The position numbers and the translations under genes are program-made. Below, in pieces: positions 47,550 through 57,217 of a stretch of 64,000 nucleotides of DNA (the first letter of the stretch is position 1; every line of letters begins with the position of its first letter). Source of the DNA: Caulobacterales bacterium (GTDB lineage Bacteria; Pseudomonadota; Alphaproteobacteria; Caulobacterales; Caulobacteraceae). Below the pieces are notes generated by a model. It saw nothing but the letters and a program-made list of their open reading frames with translations. It was not told where the DNA came from and did not search any database. The stretch lies in contig JBBRLN010000011.1 of assembly GCA_038231315.1 (NCBI GenBank), forward strand, positions 2,035-66,034, in the 5' to 3' direction.

Positions 47550-48689
47550 ATGAAACCCCGTTCCATCGCCGTGGTCGGCGCCGCGGAGACCACTCGGCTG
47601 GGCAAGATACCGGATATGTCGGTGATCGGGTTGCACGCCGATGCGGCCCTGAACGCCCTGGTCGACTGCGGGCTCAAGCCGTCGGACATCGATGGCGTGG
47701 CGACGGCGGGCGAAAGTCCTGTCGCCATCGCGCATTACCTCGGCATCACGCCGACCTGGGCCGATGGCACGGCGGTGGGTGGGTGTTCGTTCATGCTCCA
47801 CGTGCGGCATGCGGCGGCGGCGATCAACGAGGGGCTCTGCACGACGGTGCTGATCACCCACGGCGAGAGCGGGCGCTCGCGAGTGGGCTCCAGCGGCTTT
47901 GGACGCTCGCCGTCCAGCCTGATGGGGCAGTTCGAGATGCCCTATGGCGTCACCTCGCCGCCGACGATGTTCACCATTCCGGCGCTGCGGTACATGAAGA
48001 CGCGCGGCTATACCGAGGAAGACCTCGCCATGGTGGCCGTGATCCAGCGGGAGTGGGCGGCGAAGAACCCGCGCGCCAGCTTCAAGGACCCGATCACGGT
48101 CGACGACGTGCTGAACTCGCCGATGATCGCTTGGCCGTTCCGCATGCTGATGTGTTGCCTGGTCACCGACGGCGGCGGCGCGCTGATCCTGACGTCCGCC
48201 GAGCGGGCCAGGGATTTCCCGACCAAGCCGGTCTATATCCTGGGGACGGGCGAAAGCGTGGAGACGCCGATGGTCAGCCAGATGGAGGACTTCAACAGCT
48301 CCAAGGCGTTTCGGGTCTCCGGCAAGAAGGCGTTCGGCGAGGCGGGGATTTCCCATGCCGATGTCGACCACCTGATGATCTACGACGCCTTCGCGCATCT
48401 GCCGCTCTATGGGCTGGAGGATCTCGGCTTCTGCAAACCGGGAGAGGCCGCCGGGTTCATCCGTGAACGGAATACCGCACCGGGTGGAAAGCTACCGCTG
48501 AACACCAACGGCGGAGGCTTGAGCTATATGCACTCCGGTATGTACGGCATGTACGCCCTGCAGGAGAGCGTGCGGCAGATGCGGGGCGTCGCGCCAGCGC
48601 AGATCGAGGGCGCAAAGATCGCGGTGAGTCACGGCGTCGGCGGCATGTTCGCCGCCTCCGGCACCATCATTTTTGGGAACGAGGCATGA
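47550..48689 (+). CDS. SCP2/Ltp2-type thiolase-fold protein
   Basis: VAVIQREWAAKNPRA, CCLVTDGGGA, IYDAF and NTNGGGLSY motifs; adjacent to DUF35. Confidence 0.9.
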   Translation: MKPRSIAVVGAAETTRLGKIPDMSVIGLHADAALNALVDCGLKPSDIDGVATAGESPVAIAHYLGITPTWADGTAVGGCSFMLHVRHAAAAINEGLCTTVLITHGESGRSRVGSSGFGRSPSSLMGQFEMPYGVTSPPTMFTIPALRYMKTRGYTEEDLAMVAVIQREWAAKNPRASFKDPITVDDVLNSPMIAWPFRMLMCCLVTDGGGALILTSAERARDFPTKPVYILGTGESVETPMVSQMEDFNSSKAFRVSGKKAFGEAGISHADVDHLMIYDAFAHLPLYGLEDLGFCKPGEAAGFIRERNTAPGGKLPLNTNGGGLSYMHSGMYGMYALQESVRQMRGVAPAQIEGAKIAVSHGVGGMFAASGTIIFGNEA

Positions 48690-49483
48690 CCGTCAGCCTC
48701 TACGAACACGTCCTGTCGCCCTATGCGCAGAAGGTGAAGATCGCCCTGCGCGAAAAGGACGTGGCGTTCGAGGTCGCCGTGTCTGACGGCGTGGGTCCAG
48801 GGGGCGCCGCCGGCGGGTTCGTCAAGGTCAATCCCCGCGCCGAGGTTCCGGCCTTGATCGATGGCGATGTCTCCGTCTTCGATTCCACCATCATCCTGGA
48901 GTACATCGAGGACCGCTGGCCGGCGCCGCCGCTCCTCCCCGCCTCGCCCGCCGACCGCGCGCGGGTGCGAATGATCGAGGAGGTGATGGACACCCATTTC
49001 GAGGCGGTGAACTGGGGCATGGGCGAATTGAACTGGTTCCGCCGCGCGGAGGGCGAACTGGCCAAGACTCTGAGCGAAGCCGCGGCGCGGCAGACCCGGG
49101 GATTTTTCACTTGGCTGGAAGAACAGCTGGGTGATCGCGAATGGTTCAACGGCGGAGCGTTCGGCTGGGGCGATCTTTCCGTGGCGCCCTATGTCGGCAC
49201 GGCGATCAGCGTGGGCAATCGTCCGGAGGCCGGCTCGAAGCTGGCGGCGTGGTTCGAGCGGGCGATGGCGCGGGACAGCGTGGCGAAGACCATCGGCGAA
49301 GCGCGGGCGTTCAGCATGCCGACGTCCGGCCTGTCGGAGGCCGTCTCGGCGGGCCTGTTCAAGCGCGAATACCGTGATCACCGCCTGGAATGGATGATCA
49401 AGTCCGGCGGTCTGGAGGTTGTGGTCAAGGGGCTGGAGGCGGGGAACATCCGCTTCTCTCCAGACTTTGGATCGCAGGCTTAA
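48686..49483 (+). CDS. Glutathione S-transferase-family protein
   Basis: LYEH.LSPYAQKVKIAL.EK, NPRAEVP.L and DST.I.EY.ED motifs. Confidence 0.92.
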   Translation: MTVSLYEHVLSPYAQKVKIALREKDVAFEVAVSDGVGPGGAAGGFVKVNPRAEVPALIDGDVSVFDSTIILEYIEDRWPAPPLLPASPADRARVRMIEEVMDTHFEAVNWGMGELNWFRRAEGELAKTLSEAAARQTRGFFTWLEEQLGDREWFNGGAFGWGDLSVAPYVGTAISVGNRPEAGSKLAAWFERAMARDSVAKTIGEARAFSMPTSGLSEAVSAGLFKREYRDHRLEWMIKSGGLEVVVKGLEAGNIRFSPDFGSQA

Positions 49484-49492
49484 GGGAACACC

Positions 49493-50437
49493 ATGCAGTA
49501 CCGCCAACTCGGCTCCAGCGACCTGAAGGTCTCGGAGATCTCCCTCGGTTCGTGGCTGACCTATGGCGTCGGGGTCGAGGCGGACAAGGCCAAGGCCTGT
49601 CTCAACCGCGCGTTCGACCTCGGGATCAACCTGATCGACACCGCGAATGTCTATGGTCGCGGGGCCGCCGAAACGGTGCTGGGCCAGCAACTCGCGGGCC
49701 GCCCACGCGACAGCTACGTCTTGGCGACCAAGCTGATGGGCGACATGGGAGGCGGCGACAAGGGTCTGTCCCGCGCCCAGGTGTTCAAGCAGATCGACGC
49801 CTCGCTGGCGCGGCTGAAGACCGATTATGTCGATCTCTACCAGTGCCACCGCTACGATCCGGACGTGACGCTGGAGGAGACGATGCAGGCGCTCAGCGAG
49901 ATCGTCCGCGCCGGCAAGGTGCGCTGGATCGGCTTTTCCGAGTGGTCGCCCGAGCAGATCGAAGCGGCGATGGCGATGCCGGGCGTGGAAAAATTCGTCT
50001 CCAGCCAACCGCAGTATTCCCTGCTCTATCGGCGGCCAGAGAAGAAGGTCTTCCCGCTTTGCGCGGCGAACGGCGTGTCGCAGATCGTCTGGTCGCCGCT
50101 GGCCCAGGGCGTGTTGACCGGCAAATACGATCCGAACTCCCCACCGCCCGCCGGCACCCGGGCGACCTCGGACGCCATGAGCGGCTTCATCAGCCGCCTG
50201 ATGAAGCGCCCGACGCTGGAAGCGGTGCAGACGCTCAAGCCGATCGCGTCCGAGGCCGGGCTGACGCTCAGTCAGTTCGCCCTGGCCTGGGTTCTGCGCG
50301 AGCCCAACGTCGCCTCGGCCATCGTCGGCGCGAGCCGGCCGGAACAGCTGGACGAAAACTGCGCCGCCTCGGGCGCGAAGGTCGACCCGGCCCTGTTCGC
50401 GAAGGCGGAGGCGATCGTGGCGGAGGCCGCGAGCTAG
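49493..50437 (+). CDS. Aldo/keto reductase (Kv-beta/AKR6-like)
   Basis: MQYRQLG.SDLKVS...LG.W, DTANVY, SL.RLKTDYVDLYQCH and WSPLAQGVLTGKY motifs. Confidence 0.93.
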   Translation: MQYRQLGSSDLKVSEISLGSWLTYGVGVEADKAKACLNRAFDLGINLIDTANVYGRGAAETVLGQQLAGRPRDSYVLATKLMGDMGGGDKGLSRAQVFKQIDASLARLKTDYVDLYQCHRYDPDVTLEETMQALSEIVRAGKVRWIGFSEWSPEQIEAAMAMPGVEKFVSSQPQYSLLYRRPEKKVFPLCAANGVSQIVWSPLAQGVLTGKYDPNSPPPAGTRATSDAMSGFISRLMKRPTLEAVQTLKPIASEAGLTLSQFALAWVLREPNVASAIVGASRPEQLDENCAASGAKVDPALFAKAEAIVAEAAS

Positions 50438-50500
50438 GCCGAGCCCCGCAAAACGGCTCCGGCGTCGACGAATGCGGAGATCATCTATACTCCACGGCCG

Positions 50501-52000
50501 ATGCTCGACCACTTCGATCCCGCCATCGATCCCGTCTTCAAGGCGCACAACCGCTCGGCGCTGATCCAGCGACTGGCGGCCGTCTTGCCGCACGACGGCC
50601 TCGTCACCAGCGTCGAGGGGATGCGGGTCTATGAAAGCGATGGGCTGGCGGCGTATCGCGGTCTCGCCGGCGTTGTCGCCCTGCCGAGGACCACGGCCCA
50701 GGTCGTCGACGTCCTCAAGGTCTGCTCGGCCGCCGGCGTTCCGGTGGTGGCGCGCGGCGCGGGAACCGGACTGTCCGGCGGCGCCCTGCCCTACCCGGAC
50801 TGCGTGCTGCTGAGCTTGTCGCGGTTCGACAAGATCCTCGCCATCGACGCCGAGGCGCGGACGGCGACGGTGCAGCCGGGTGTGCGCAATCTGGCGATCT
50901 CGGAAGCGGTCGCGCATCTCGGCCTGTTCTATGCGCCGGACCCGTCGTCGCAATTGGCGTGCAGCATCGGCGGCAATGTGGCGGAGAACGCCGGCGGGGT
51001 GCACTGCCTGAAGTATGGCCTGACGGTCCACAATCTGCAGTCGATGGAGGTGGTCACCATCGACGGCGAGGTGCTGCGGCTCGGCGGCGAGGCCCTTGAT
51101 GCGCCGGGCTTCGATCTGATGGCGCTGATGACGGGCTCCGAGGGCCTGCTGGGCGTGGTCACCGAGGTCACGGTCAAGCTGTTGCCGCTGCCCGAACACG
51201 CCCGCGTGCTGCTGATCGCCTTCGCCGACCTGCGTCACGCCGGCGAAGCGGTGGCGGCGATCATCGCGGGCGGGATCATCCCGGCCGGGCTGGAGATGAT
51301 GGACCGGCCGGCCCTGCGCGCCGCCGAGGCCCACGTCCACGCCGGCTATCCCGTCGACGCCGCGGCTATCCTGTTGTGCGAGATCGACGGCGCGCCCGGC
51401 GAGATCGAGGATGGACTGCGACGCGTGTCGGACATCTGCGCCAAGGCCGGAGCGACCGAAATCCGGTTGGCGGGTGACGAGGCGGAGCGACTGCTGTTCT
51501 GGGCCGGCCGCAAGGGCGCCTTCCCGGCGATGGGTCGACTGGCCCCCGACTACTATTGCATCGACGGCACCATCCCCCGGCGACGCCTGCCCGACGTACT
51601 TGAGGAGATCGAGCGGCTGGCGGACGTCCACGCGCTGAAGGTGGCCAACGTCTTCCATGCGGGCGACGGCAATCTGCACCCGCTGATCCTTTATGACGCT
51701 AGCGTCGAGGGCGAGATGGACCGCGCCGAAGCGCTGGGTGGCGCCATCCTGGAGCTTTGCGTCGCCGTGGGCGGCACGATCACCGGCGAGCACGGCGTCG
51801 GCCGCGAGAAGATCAATCAGATGTGCAGCCAGTTCACCACGCCCGAAATCGCCCTCTTCTCCGGGATCAAGGCGGCGTTCGATCCGGCGGGCTTGCTCAA
51901 TCCGGGCAAGGCGATCCCCACCCTGGCGCGATGCGCGGAGTACGGCGCGATGCACGTCCACGGCGGAAAACGAGCGTTTGAGCACCTCGACCGCTTCTGA
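50501..52000 (+). CDS. glcD: Glycolate oxidase FAD subunit
   Basis: YESDGL, VARGAGTGLSGGA, YAPDPSSQ.ACSIGGNVAENAGG.HCLKYG, HAGDGN.HP and GEHGVG.EK motifs. Confidence 0.93.
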   Translation: MLDHFDPAIDPVFKAHNRSALIQRLAAVLPHDGLVTSVEGMRVYESDGLAAYRGLAGVVALPRTTAQVVDVLKVCSAAGVPVVARGAGTGLSGGALPYPDCVLLSLSRFDKILAIDAEARTATVQPGVRNLAISEAVAHLGLFYAPDPSSQLACSIGGNVAENAGGVHCLKYGLTVHNLQSMEVVTIDGEVLRLGGEALDAPGFDLMALMTGSEGLLGVVTEVTVKLLPLPEHARVLLIAFADLRHAGEAVAAIIAGGIIPAGLEMMDRPALRAAEAHVHAGYPVDAAAILLCEIDGAPGEIEDGLRRVSDICAKAGATEIRLAGDEAERLLFWAGRKGAFPAMGRLAPDYYCIDGTIPRRRLPDVLEEIERLADVHALKVANVFHAGDGNLHPLILYDASVEGEMDRAEALGGAILELCVAVGGTITGEHGVGREKINQMCSQFTTPEIALFSGIKAAFDPAGLLNPGKAIPTLARCAEYGAMHVHGGKRAFEHLDRF

Positions 52001-53048
52001 CGCCGACATCTCCGGTGTGCTGGCCAATCGGGTGCGCGAGGCGACCGCGCGGCGGACGCCCCTGCGCATCGTCGGCGGCGACACCAAGCGGTTCTATGGT
52101 CGCCAAGTCGACGGCGAGGCGCTGAACGTCGCGGCCCATCGCGGGGTGATGAGCTATGATCCTAGCGAACTGGTGATCACCGCGCGCGCCGGAACGCCCG
52201 TTTTGGAGATAGTGGCTCTGCTGGCCGGGCACGGCCAGATGCTGGCGTTCGAACCGCCGGTGTTTGGCGCGGCGAGCACGATCGGCGGCGTGGTGGCGGC
52301 CGGGCTAGCGGGTCCACGGCGACCGTTCGCGGGGGCGGTGCGCGATTTCGTGCTTGGCGTGACGGTGCTGGACGGGCGCGGCGACGCGCTGCGGCTGGGG
52401 GGGACGGTATTCAAGAACGTGGCCGGCTTCGATGGCTTTCGCCTGATGGCGGGCGCGCATGGCTGCCTGGGCGTGCTGCTCGACGTGTCGCTGCGCGTGT
52501 CGCCGAAACCCGTCGCCGAACAGTCGGTCACGGTGGCTGAAGATTGGCCGGCGTCCAGAACACGGCTAGGCGGCCTGATGGGCCGGCAAACACCGCTCAG
52601 CGCGGCGATGCACGATGGCAAACTCCTCCATTTGCGTTTCAGCGGGTCGAACGCCGGAGTCGAGCGCGCGGTCCTAGATTGCGGCGGACAATCGAACACG
52701 GCGATTGACTGGGAGGATGCACGCGACTTCATGCTGCCAATCTTCACCCGCGAACGCCTCTGGCGCCTCTCGATCCCCCACGCCAGGCCCATGCCGGACC
52801 TCGGCGGCGAGCGCGTGATCGACTGGGCCGGCTCGCAACTTTGGCTCTCGACGGACGCGTCGGCGACCGAGGTCAGAACGGCCTGCGCCCGCGTTGGCGG
52901 CCACGCCACGCTGTTCCGGGGCGCTCAACCCGGCGAGGAGGTATTCACACCACTCGCGCCGCCGCTGCTGGCGTTGCACAAGCGGATCAAGGCGGCCTTC
53001 GATCCGGCCGGCGTCTTCAATCCCGGACGGATGTACGAGGGCCTCTAG
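51978..53048 (+). CDS. glcE: Glycolate oxidase subunit GlcE
   Basis: TTG start. YDPSELVITARAGTP, FEPP, GPRRP..GAVRD, KNVAGFD and K..FDP..+FNPGR motifs. Confidence 0.92.
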   Translation: MSTSTASDADISGVLANRVREATARRTPLRIVGGDTKRFYGRQVDGEALNVAAHRGVMSYDPSELVITARAGTPVLEIVALLAGHGQMLAFEPPVFGAASTIGGVVAAGLAGPRRPFAGAVRDFVLGVTVLDGRGDALRLGGTVFKNVAGFDGFRLMAGAHGCLGVLLDVSLRVSPKPVAEQSVTVAEDWPASRTRLGGLMGRQTPLSAAMHDGKLLHLRFSGSNAGVERAVLDCGGQSNTAIDWEDARDFMLPIFTRERLWRLSIPHARPMPDLGGERVIDWAGSQLWLSTDASATEVRTACARVGGHATLFRGAQPGEEVFTPLAPPLLALHKRIKAAFDPAGVFNPGRMYEGL

Positions 53049-53050
53049 CG

Positions 53051-54229
53051 TTGCGCTGTGAAATCCAGAGCCCGCTCGCCGAGACCGCCGCTGGGGCGAC
53101 GGCGGAGGCCGTGTTGCGGGCCTGCGTTCATTGCGGCATGTGCAACGCTACCTGCCCGACCTACACCCTGACCGGCGACGAGTTGGATGGTCCGCGCGGG
53201 CGGATCTACCTGATGAAACAGGCGCTGGAGGGCGAGCCGGTTGGCCGTCTGACCCAGATCCATCTCGACCGCTGCCTGTCGTGCCGGGCTTGCGAAACGA
53301 CGTGTCCCTCGGGCGTGGAGTATCACCGACTTTACGATGTCGCGCGGGCGGAGGTGGCCGAGCGGGTGCGCCGGCCGTGGCCGGAGCGGGCGACTCGCGC
53401 GGCCATCCGTTTCCTGGGGCTGCGGCCATGGTTGGTGCGGCCCGCCTTCCTGCTCCGGGACCTCGTCAGAGCAAACCCGCGCCGGAATGTGAAATCAACC
53501 GCGCGCGCCGAGGCGCGTCGGATGTCGATTTTGAAGGGCTGCATCCAGAGCGCCGCGGCGCCATCCTTCAATGCCGCGACGACGCGGGTGCTGGCCTCGG
53601 TCGGCATCGGCTTGGCGCCGACGGTCGGGACCGGCTGCTGCGGCGCCCTGTCTTTTCACACCGGCGACGAAGCCGGGGGGCGGGCCATCGCGCGGCGCAA
53701 CATCGATGCCTGGAGCGCCGATCTCGACGCGGGCGCCCAGGCGATCGTCGTCAACGCCAGCGGCTGCGCGGCCTTCATCAGGGACTACGGCGATGTTTTC
53801 GCCGACGACCCCGTGTACCGCGAGGCTGCGAAGCGGATCGAAGGCGCCGTGCGCGATCCGATCGAAATCCTGACCGAAGCGCCGCCGAAACCCGTCCGTG
53901 CCCCGCGGCGGCCCCGAATCGCCGTCCACGATCCCTGCACCCTGCGAAACGGGCTGAGGCTGGAAGGCGCGGTGGCGATGCTGTTGCGACGCCTGGGCTA
54001 CGATCCTCAGGCGGTCGCCGACAGCCACCTTTGCTGCGGCTCGGCCGGCGCTTATTCGGTCTTGCAGCCGAAGTTCGCGATGGAGCTGCGCGCGCGGAAG
54101 CTGACGGCGCTCGAGGCGAACGCGCCGGAGACGATCTACACCGGCAACATCGGCTGTTGGCTGCATCTTGGCGGCGCGACCAAGACGCCGGTGCGCCATT
54201 GGATCGAGGCGGTGGAAGAGGTGGTTTGA
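53051..54229 (+). CDS. glcF: Glycolate oxidase Fe-S subunit
   Basis: CVHCGMCNATCPT, ELDGPRGRIYL, CLSCRACETTCPSGV, CCGA, HDPCTL and CCGSAG.YS motifs. Confidence 0.93.
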   Translation: MRCEIQSPLAETAAGATAEAVLRACVHCGMCNATCPTYTLTGDELDGPRGRIYLMKQALEGEPVGRLTQIHLDRCLSCRACETTCPSGVEYHRLYDVARAEVAERVRRPWPERATRAAIRFLGLRPWLVRPAFLLRDLVRANPRRNVKSTARAEARRMSILKGCIQSAAAPSFNAATTRVLASVGIGLAPTVGTGCCGALSFHTGDEAGGRAIARRNIDAWSADLDAGAQAIVVNASGCAAFIRDYGDVFADDPVYREAAKRIEGAVRDPIEILTEAPPKPVRAPRRPRIAVHDPCTLRNGLRLEGAVAMLLRRLGYDPQAVADSHLCCGSAGAYSVLQPKFAMELRARKLTALEANAPETIYTGNIGCWLHLGGATKTPVRHWIEAVEEVV

Positions 54230-54266
54230 CCCCCCTTGCCCAAGCGCAAGACGGGAACGGCGGACG

Positions 54267-55718
54267 CTACCTCAGCGCGAGGGCCATCGCCGCCAGTTTC
54301 GCGGCCGGGTCGATCCAGGTCACGGCGATCAGCACACCGGGGAAGGCGAAGGCCGCGCAGGCGTAGGCGACGACGCTGCCGGATCGGCGGGGTGGATCAG
54401 TAGGCCCGGAGGCGGTGTCAAACCACATGCGGCGGATGAGCTTAAGATAATAGAACGCGGCCACCACGCTGCCGACCAGGGCGATGACGACGGCTGGGGC
54501 TAGACCCGCGATCAAAGCGGCTTTGAAGACATAGTACTTGCCCCAAAGTCCGCTGAAGGGCGGCATGCCGAGGCCGGAAAGGGCGAAGAAGGTCATGGCG
54601 ACGGCCAGGGCGGGACGCTCCCGCGCGAGGCCGGCGAAATCGTCCAGCGTCTGCATCGGCTTGCCGCCGCGCGTGAGGGCCGCGAGGCAGGCGAAAAAGC
54701 CAGTGACGTCAATGACGTAGAGCACCATGAACATCAGCATCGATTGGATGCCGACGACGCCGCCCGCCGCAAGGCCGACCAGGGCGTAGCCGATCGATGC
54801 GATGGAGGAATAGGCCCAGAGCCGCTTCAGGTCGCTTTGCACCAGACCGGCGAAGGCGCCGACGGCGACGGAGATCAAGGCCATGGCGACAAGGATCTGG
54901 CGCCACTGAAAGACCGCGCCGCCGAAACCCTCGCTAAGCAGGCGAGCGAGGAGGACCATGGCGGCAAGCTTCGGAGCGCCGGCGAAAAACCCCACCACGG
55001 GGGTCGGCGCGCCCTCGTAGACATCCGGCGTCCACATGTGAAAGGGCGCGGCGGAGACCTTGAAGCCGATGCCGCAGATGAGGAAGACCAAGCCGAATAG
55101 CGCGCCGCCGCCGGCGCCGTGGCTCATGGCGACGGCGATGTCGGCGAAGCGGGTCGAGCCGGCGAAACCGTAAACGAGGGACGCGCCATAAAGGAGGATC
55201 CCCGAAGACAGCGCGCCGAGGACGAAATATTTCAGCCCGGCTTCGGACGACTTGCCATCCGCCGGAACCCCGACGGCCACGTTGTTCTGGAAGGCGGCGA
55301 GAATGTAGAGCGCCAGGGATTGCAGCTCGATCGATACATAGAGCGAGATCAGGTCGCCGGCCGAGACCATCATGCCCATGCCGAGGGCGGCGATGATGAT
55401 CAGGATCGGGTATTCGAACCGCACGATTCCCCGATCGGCGAACCACCGCGTCCCGAGCGGCGCCGCGATCGCGCTGGCCAGATATATTACCACCTTGGCG
55501 AAGGCGGAGCCCTGGTCCGCGATCAGGCCCCCGTGAAAGGCGACGCCGAGCGGGCCGGTCGCCGCCACCACGGCGGCGGCGATCAGCGCGAGCACGGCCG
55601 CGCCGGTGAAGACGAGCGTCGGCGTCTTCTGGAACGCGCCCCAGATCAGCAGGACGAGCGCCGAGGCGACGAGGACGAGTTCGGGACCGGCCAGGGCGAC
55701 CGGGGAGGCGGCGATCAC
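54267..55718 (-). CDS. nuoN: NADH-quinone oxidoreductase subunit N
   Basis: [36 protein letters not shown] and GMPPFSG..GK motifs. Confidence 0.96.
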   Translation of the reverse strand: MIAASPVALAGPELVLVASALVLLIWGAFQKTPTLVFTGAAVLALIAAAVVAATGPLGVAFHGGLIADQGSAFAKVVIYLASAIAAPLGTRWFADRGIVRFEYPILIIIAALGMGMMVSAGDLISLYVSIELQSLALYILAAFQNNVAVGVPADGKSSEAGLKYFVLGALSSGILLYGASLVYGFAGSTRFADIAVAMSHGAGGGALFGLVFLICGIGFKVSAAPFHMWTPDVYEGAPTPVVGFFAGAPKLAAMVLLARLLSEGFGGAVFQWRQILVAMALISVAVGAFAGLVQSDLKRLWAYSSIASIGYALVGLAAGGVVGIQSMLMFMVLYVIDVTGFFACLAALTRGGKPMQTLDDFAGLARERPALAVAMTFFALSGLGMPPFSGLWGKYYVFKAALIAGLAPAVVIALVGSVVAAFYYLKLIRRMWFDTASGPTDPPRRSGSVVAYACAAFAFPGVLIAVTWIDPAAKLAAMALALR

Positions 55719-57217
55719 TGGCGGAAACCGATCGCGGCGTTCGCCGCCTGGAAGGTGTTGGCCAGCACACGCGCGGAGGCGTCGGTGACGTGGAAGATGA
55801 CGACCGGATGCAGTCCCAGGTAAAGCGTGGCGGCGATCAGCGGCAGGAACGTCAGCATCTCTCGCCGCTCCATGTCGCCGATGGTGGCGAGCGCCGGATT
55901 GGTCATCTCGCCGAACACCACGCGGCGATACAGGGTCAGGGCGTAGACGGCGGAGAGGATCATCCCCGAGGCCGCGACGATCGCGGTCCAGGTCGAGGCG
56001 CCATAGACGCCGGTCAGGGTGAGGATTTCGCCGACGAAGCCGCTGGTCCCCGGCAGGCCGACATTACCCATGGTGAACAGCATGAAGACCGCGGCGTAGA
56101 TCGGCATGCGGTTGACCACACCGCCGTAGAAGGCGATCTCGCGGGTGTGCATGCGGTCATAGACCACGCCGACGCAGAGGAAGAGCGCGCCGCTGATAAC
56201 GCCGTGGCTGAGCATCTGGAATAACGCGCCCTGCTCGCCCTGCACGGTGCCGGAGAAGATGCCCATGGTGACGAAACCCATGTGGGCGACCGAGGAATAG
56301 GCGATCAGTTTCTTCATGTCGGTCTGCCGGAAGGCGACCAGCGAGGTGTAGACGATGGCGATGGCCGAGAGCGCGAAGATCAGAGGCGCGAACTCCCAGC
56401 TCGCCTGCGGGAACATCGGCAGGCTGAAGCGCATGAAGCCGTAGCCGCCCATCTTCAGCAGGATGCCGGCCAGGATGACCGATCCGGCGGTCGGGGCCTC
56501 GACGTGGGCGTCGGGCAGCCAGGTATGCACCGGCCACATCGGCATCTTCACCGCGAAGGAGGCGAAGAAGGCCAGCCATAGCCAGGTCTGAACGCCTGAA
56601 CTGAAGTGGTGGCGCATCAGTTCGGGGATGCTGGAGGTGTGGGCGATGCCGATCATGGCCAGGATCGCCGCCAACATCAGAACAGAGCCCAGCAGGGTGT
56701 AGAGGAAGAACTTGAACGCGGCGTAGACCCGGTTCTTGCCGCCCCAGATCCCGATGATCAGGAACATCGGGATGAGCTGGCCCTCGAAGAAGAGATAGAA
56801 GACCAGAAGATCGAGGGCGCAGAACACCCCGACCACGAGGCTCTCCAGCACCAGGAAGGCGATCATGTATTCGACCACGCGCACGGTGATCGATCGCCAG
56901 CTCGCGACGATGCACAGCGGCATGAGGAAGGTGGTCAAGAGGACGAACAGCACTGAAATGCCGTCGACGCCCATGCGGTAGCGCAGGCCGGCGAACCAGG
57001 CGTTGTCCTCGCCGAACTGGAAGCCGGTTTGGCCGGGACGGAAGCCCGCGACCATGATCACTGAGAGAGCAAAGGTGGCCAGGGTGGTCGCCAGCGCGAT
57101 CCATCGCGCGGCGTTGTCGGTTTTGGGATCATCCTGCTTGGCGAACATCCGCAGCGCGAGGATCGCCGCGACCCCGATCAGCGGTGCATAGGTCGTTATG
57201 GAAAGGATGCCGTTCAT
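55715..57217 (-). CDS. nuoM: NADH-quinone oxidoreductase subunit M
   Basis: [34 protein letters not shown] and [11 protein letters not shown] motifs. Confidence 0.97.
   Translation of the reverse strand: MNGILSITTYAPLIGVAAILALRMFAKQDDPKTDNAARWIALATTLATFALSVIMVAGFRPGQTGFQFGEDNAWFAGLRYRMGVDGISVLFVLLTTFLMPLCIVASWRSITVRVVEYMIAFLVLESLVVGVFCALDLLVFYLFFEGQLIPMFLIIGIWGGKNRVYAAFKFFLYTLLGSVLMLAAILAMIGIAHTSSIPELMRHHFSSGVQTWLWLAFFASFAVKMPMWPVHTWLPDAHVEAPTAGSVILAGILLKMGGYGFMRFSLPMFPQASWEFAPLIFALSAIAIVYTSLVAFRQTDMKKLIAYSSVAHMGFVTMGIFSGTVQGEQGALFQMLSHGVISGALFLCVGVVYDRMHTREIAFYGGVVNRMPIYAAVFMLFTMGNVGLPGTSGFVGEILTLTGVYGASTWTAIVAASGMILSAVYALTLYRRVVFGEMTNPALATIGDMERREMLTFLPLIAATLYLGLHPVVIFHVTDASARVLANTFQAANAAIGFRQ

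Noticed and set aside
50438-50463. Hairpin after the AKR gene as a terminator
   Set aside because: Bulged stem and no U-tract; insufficient support.
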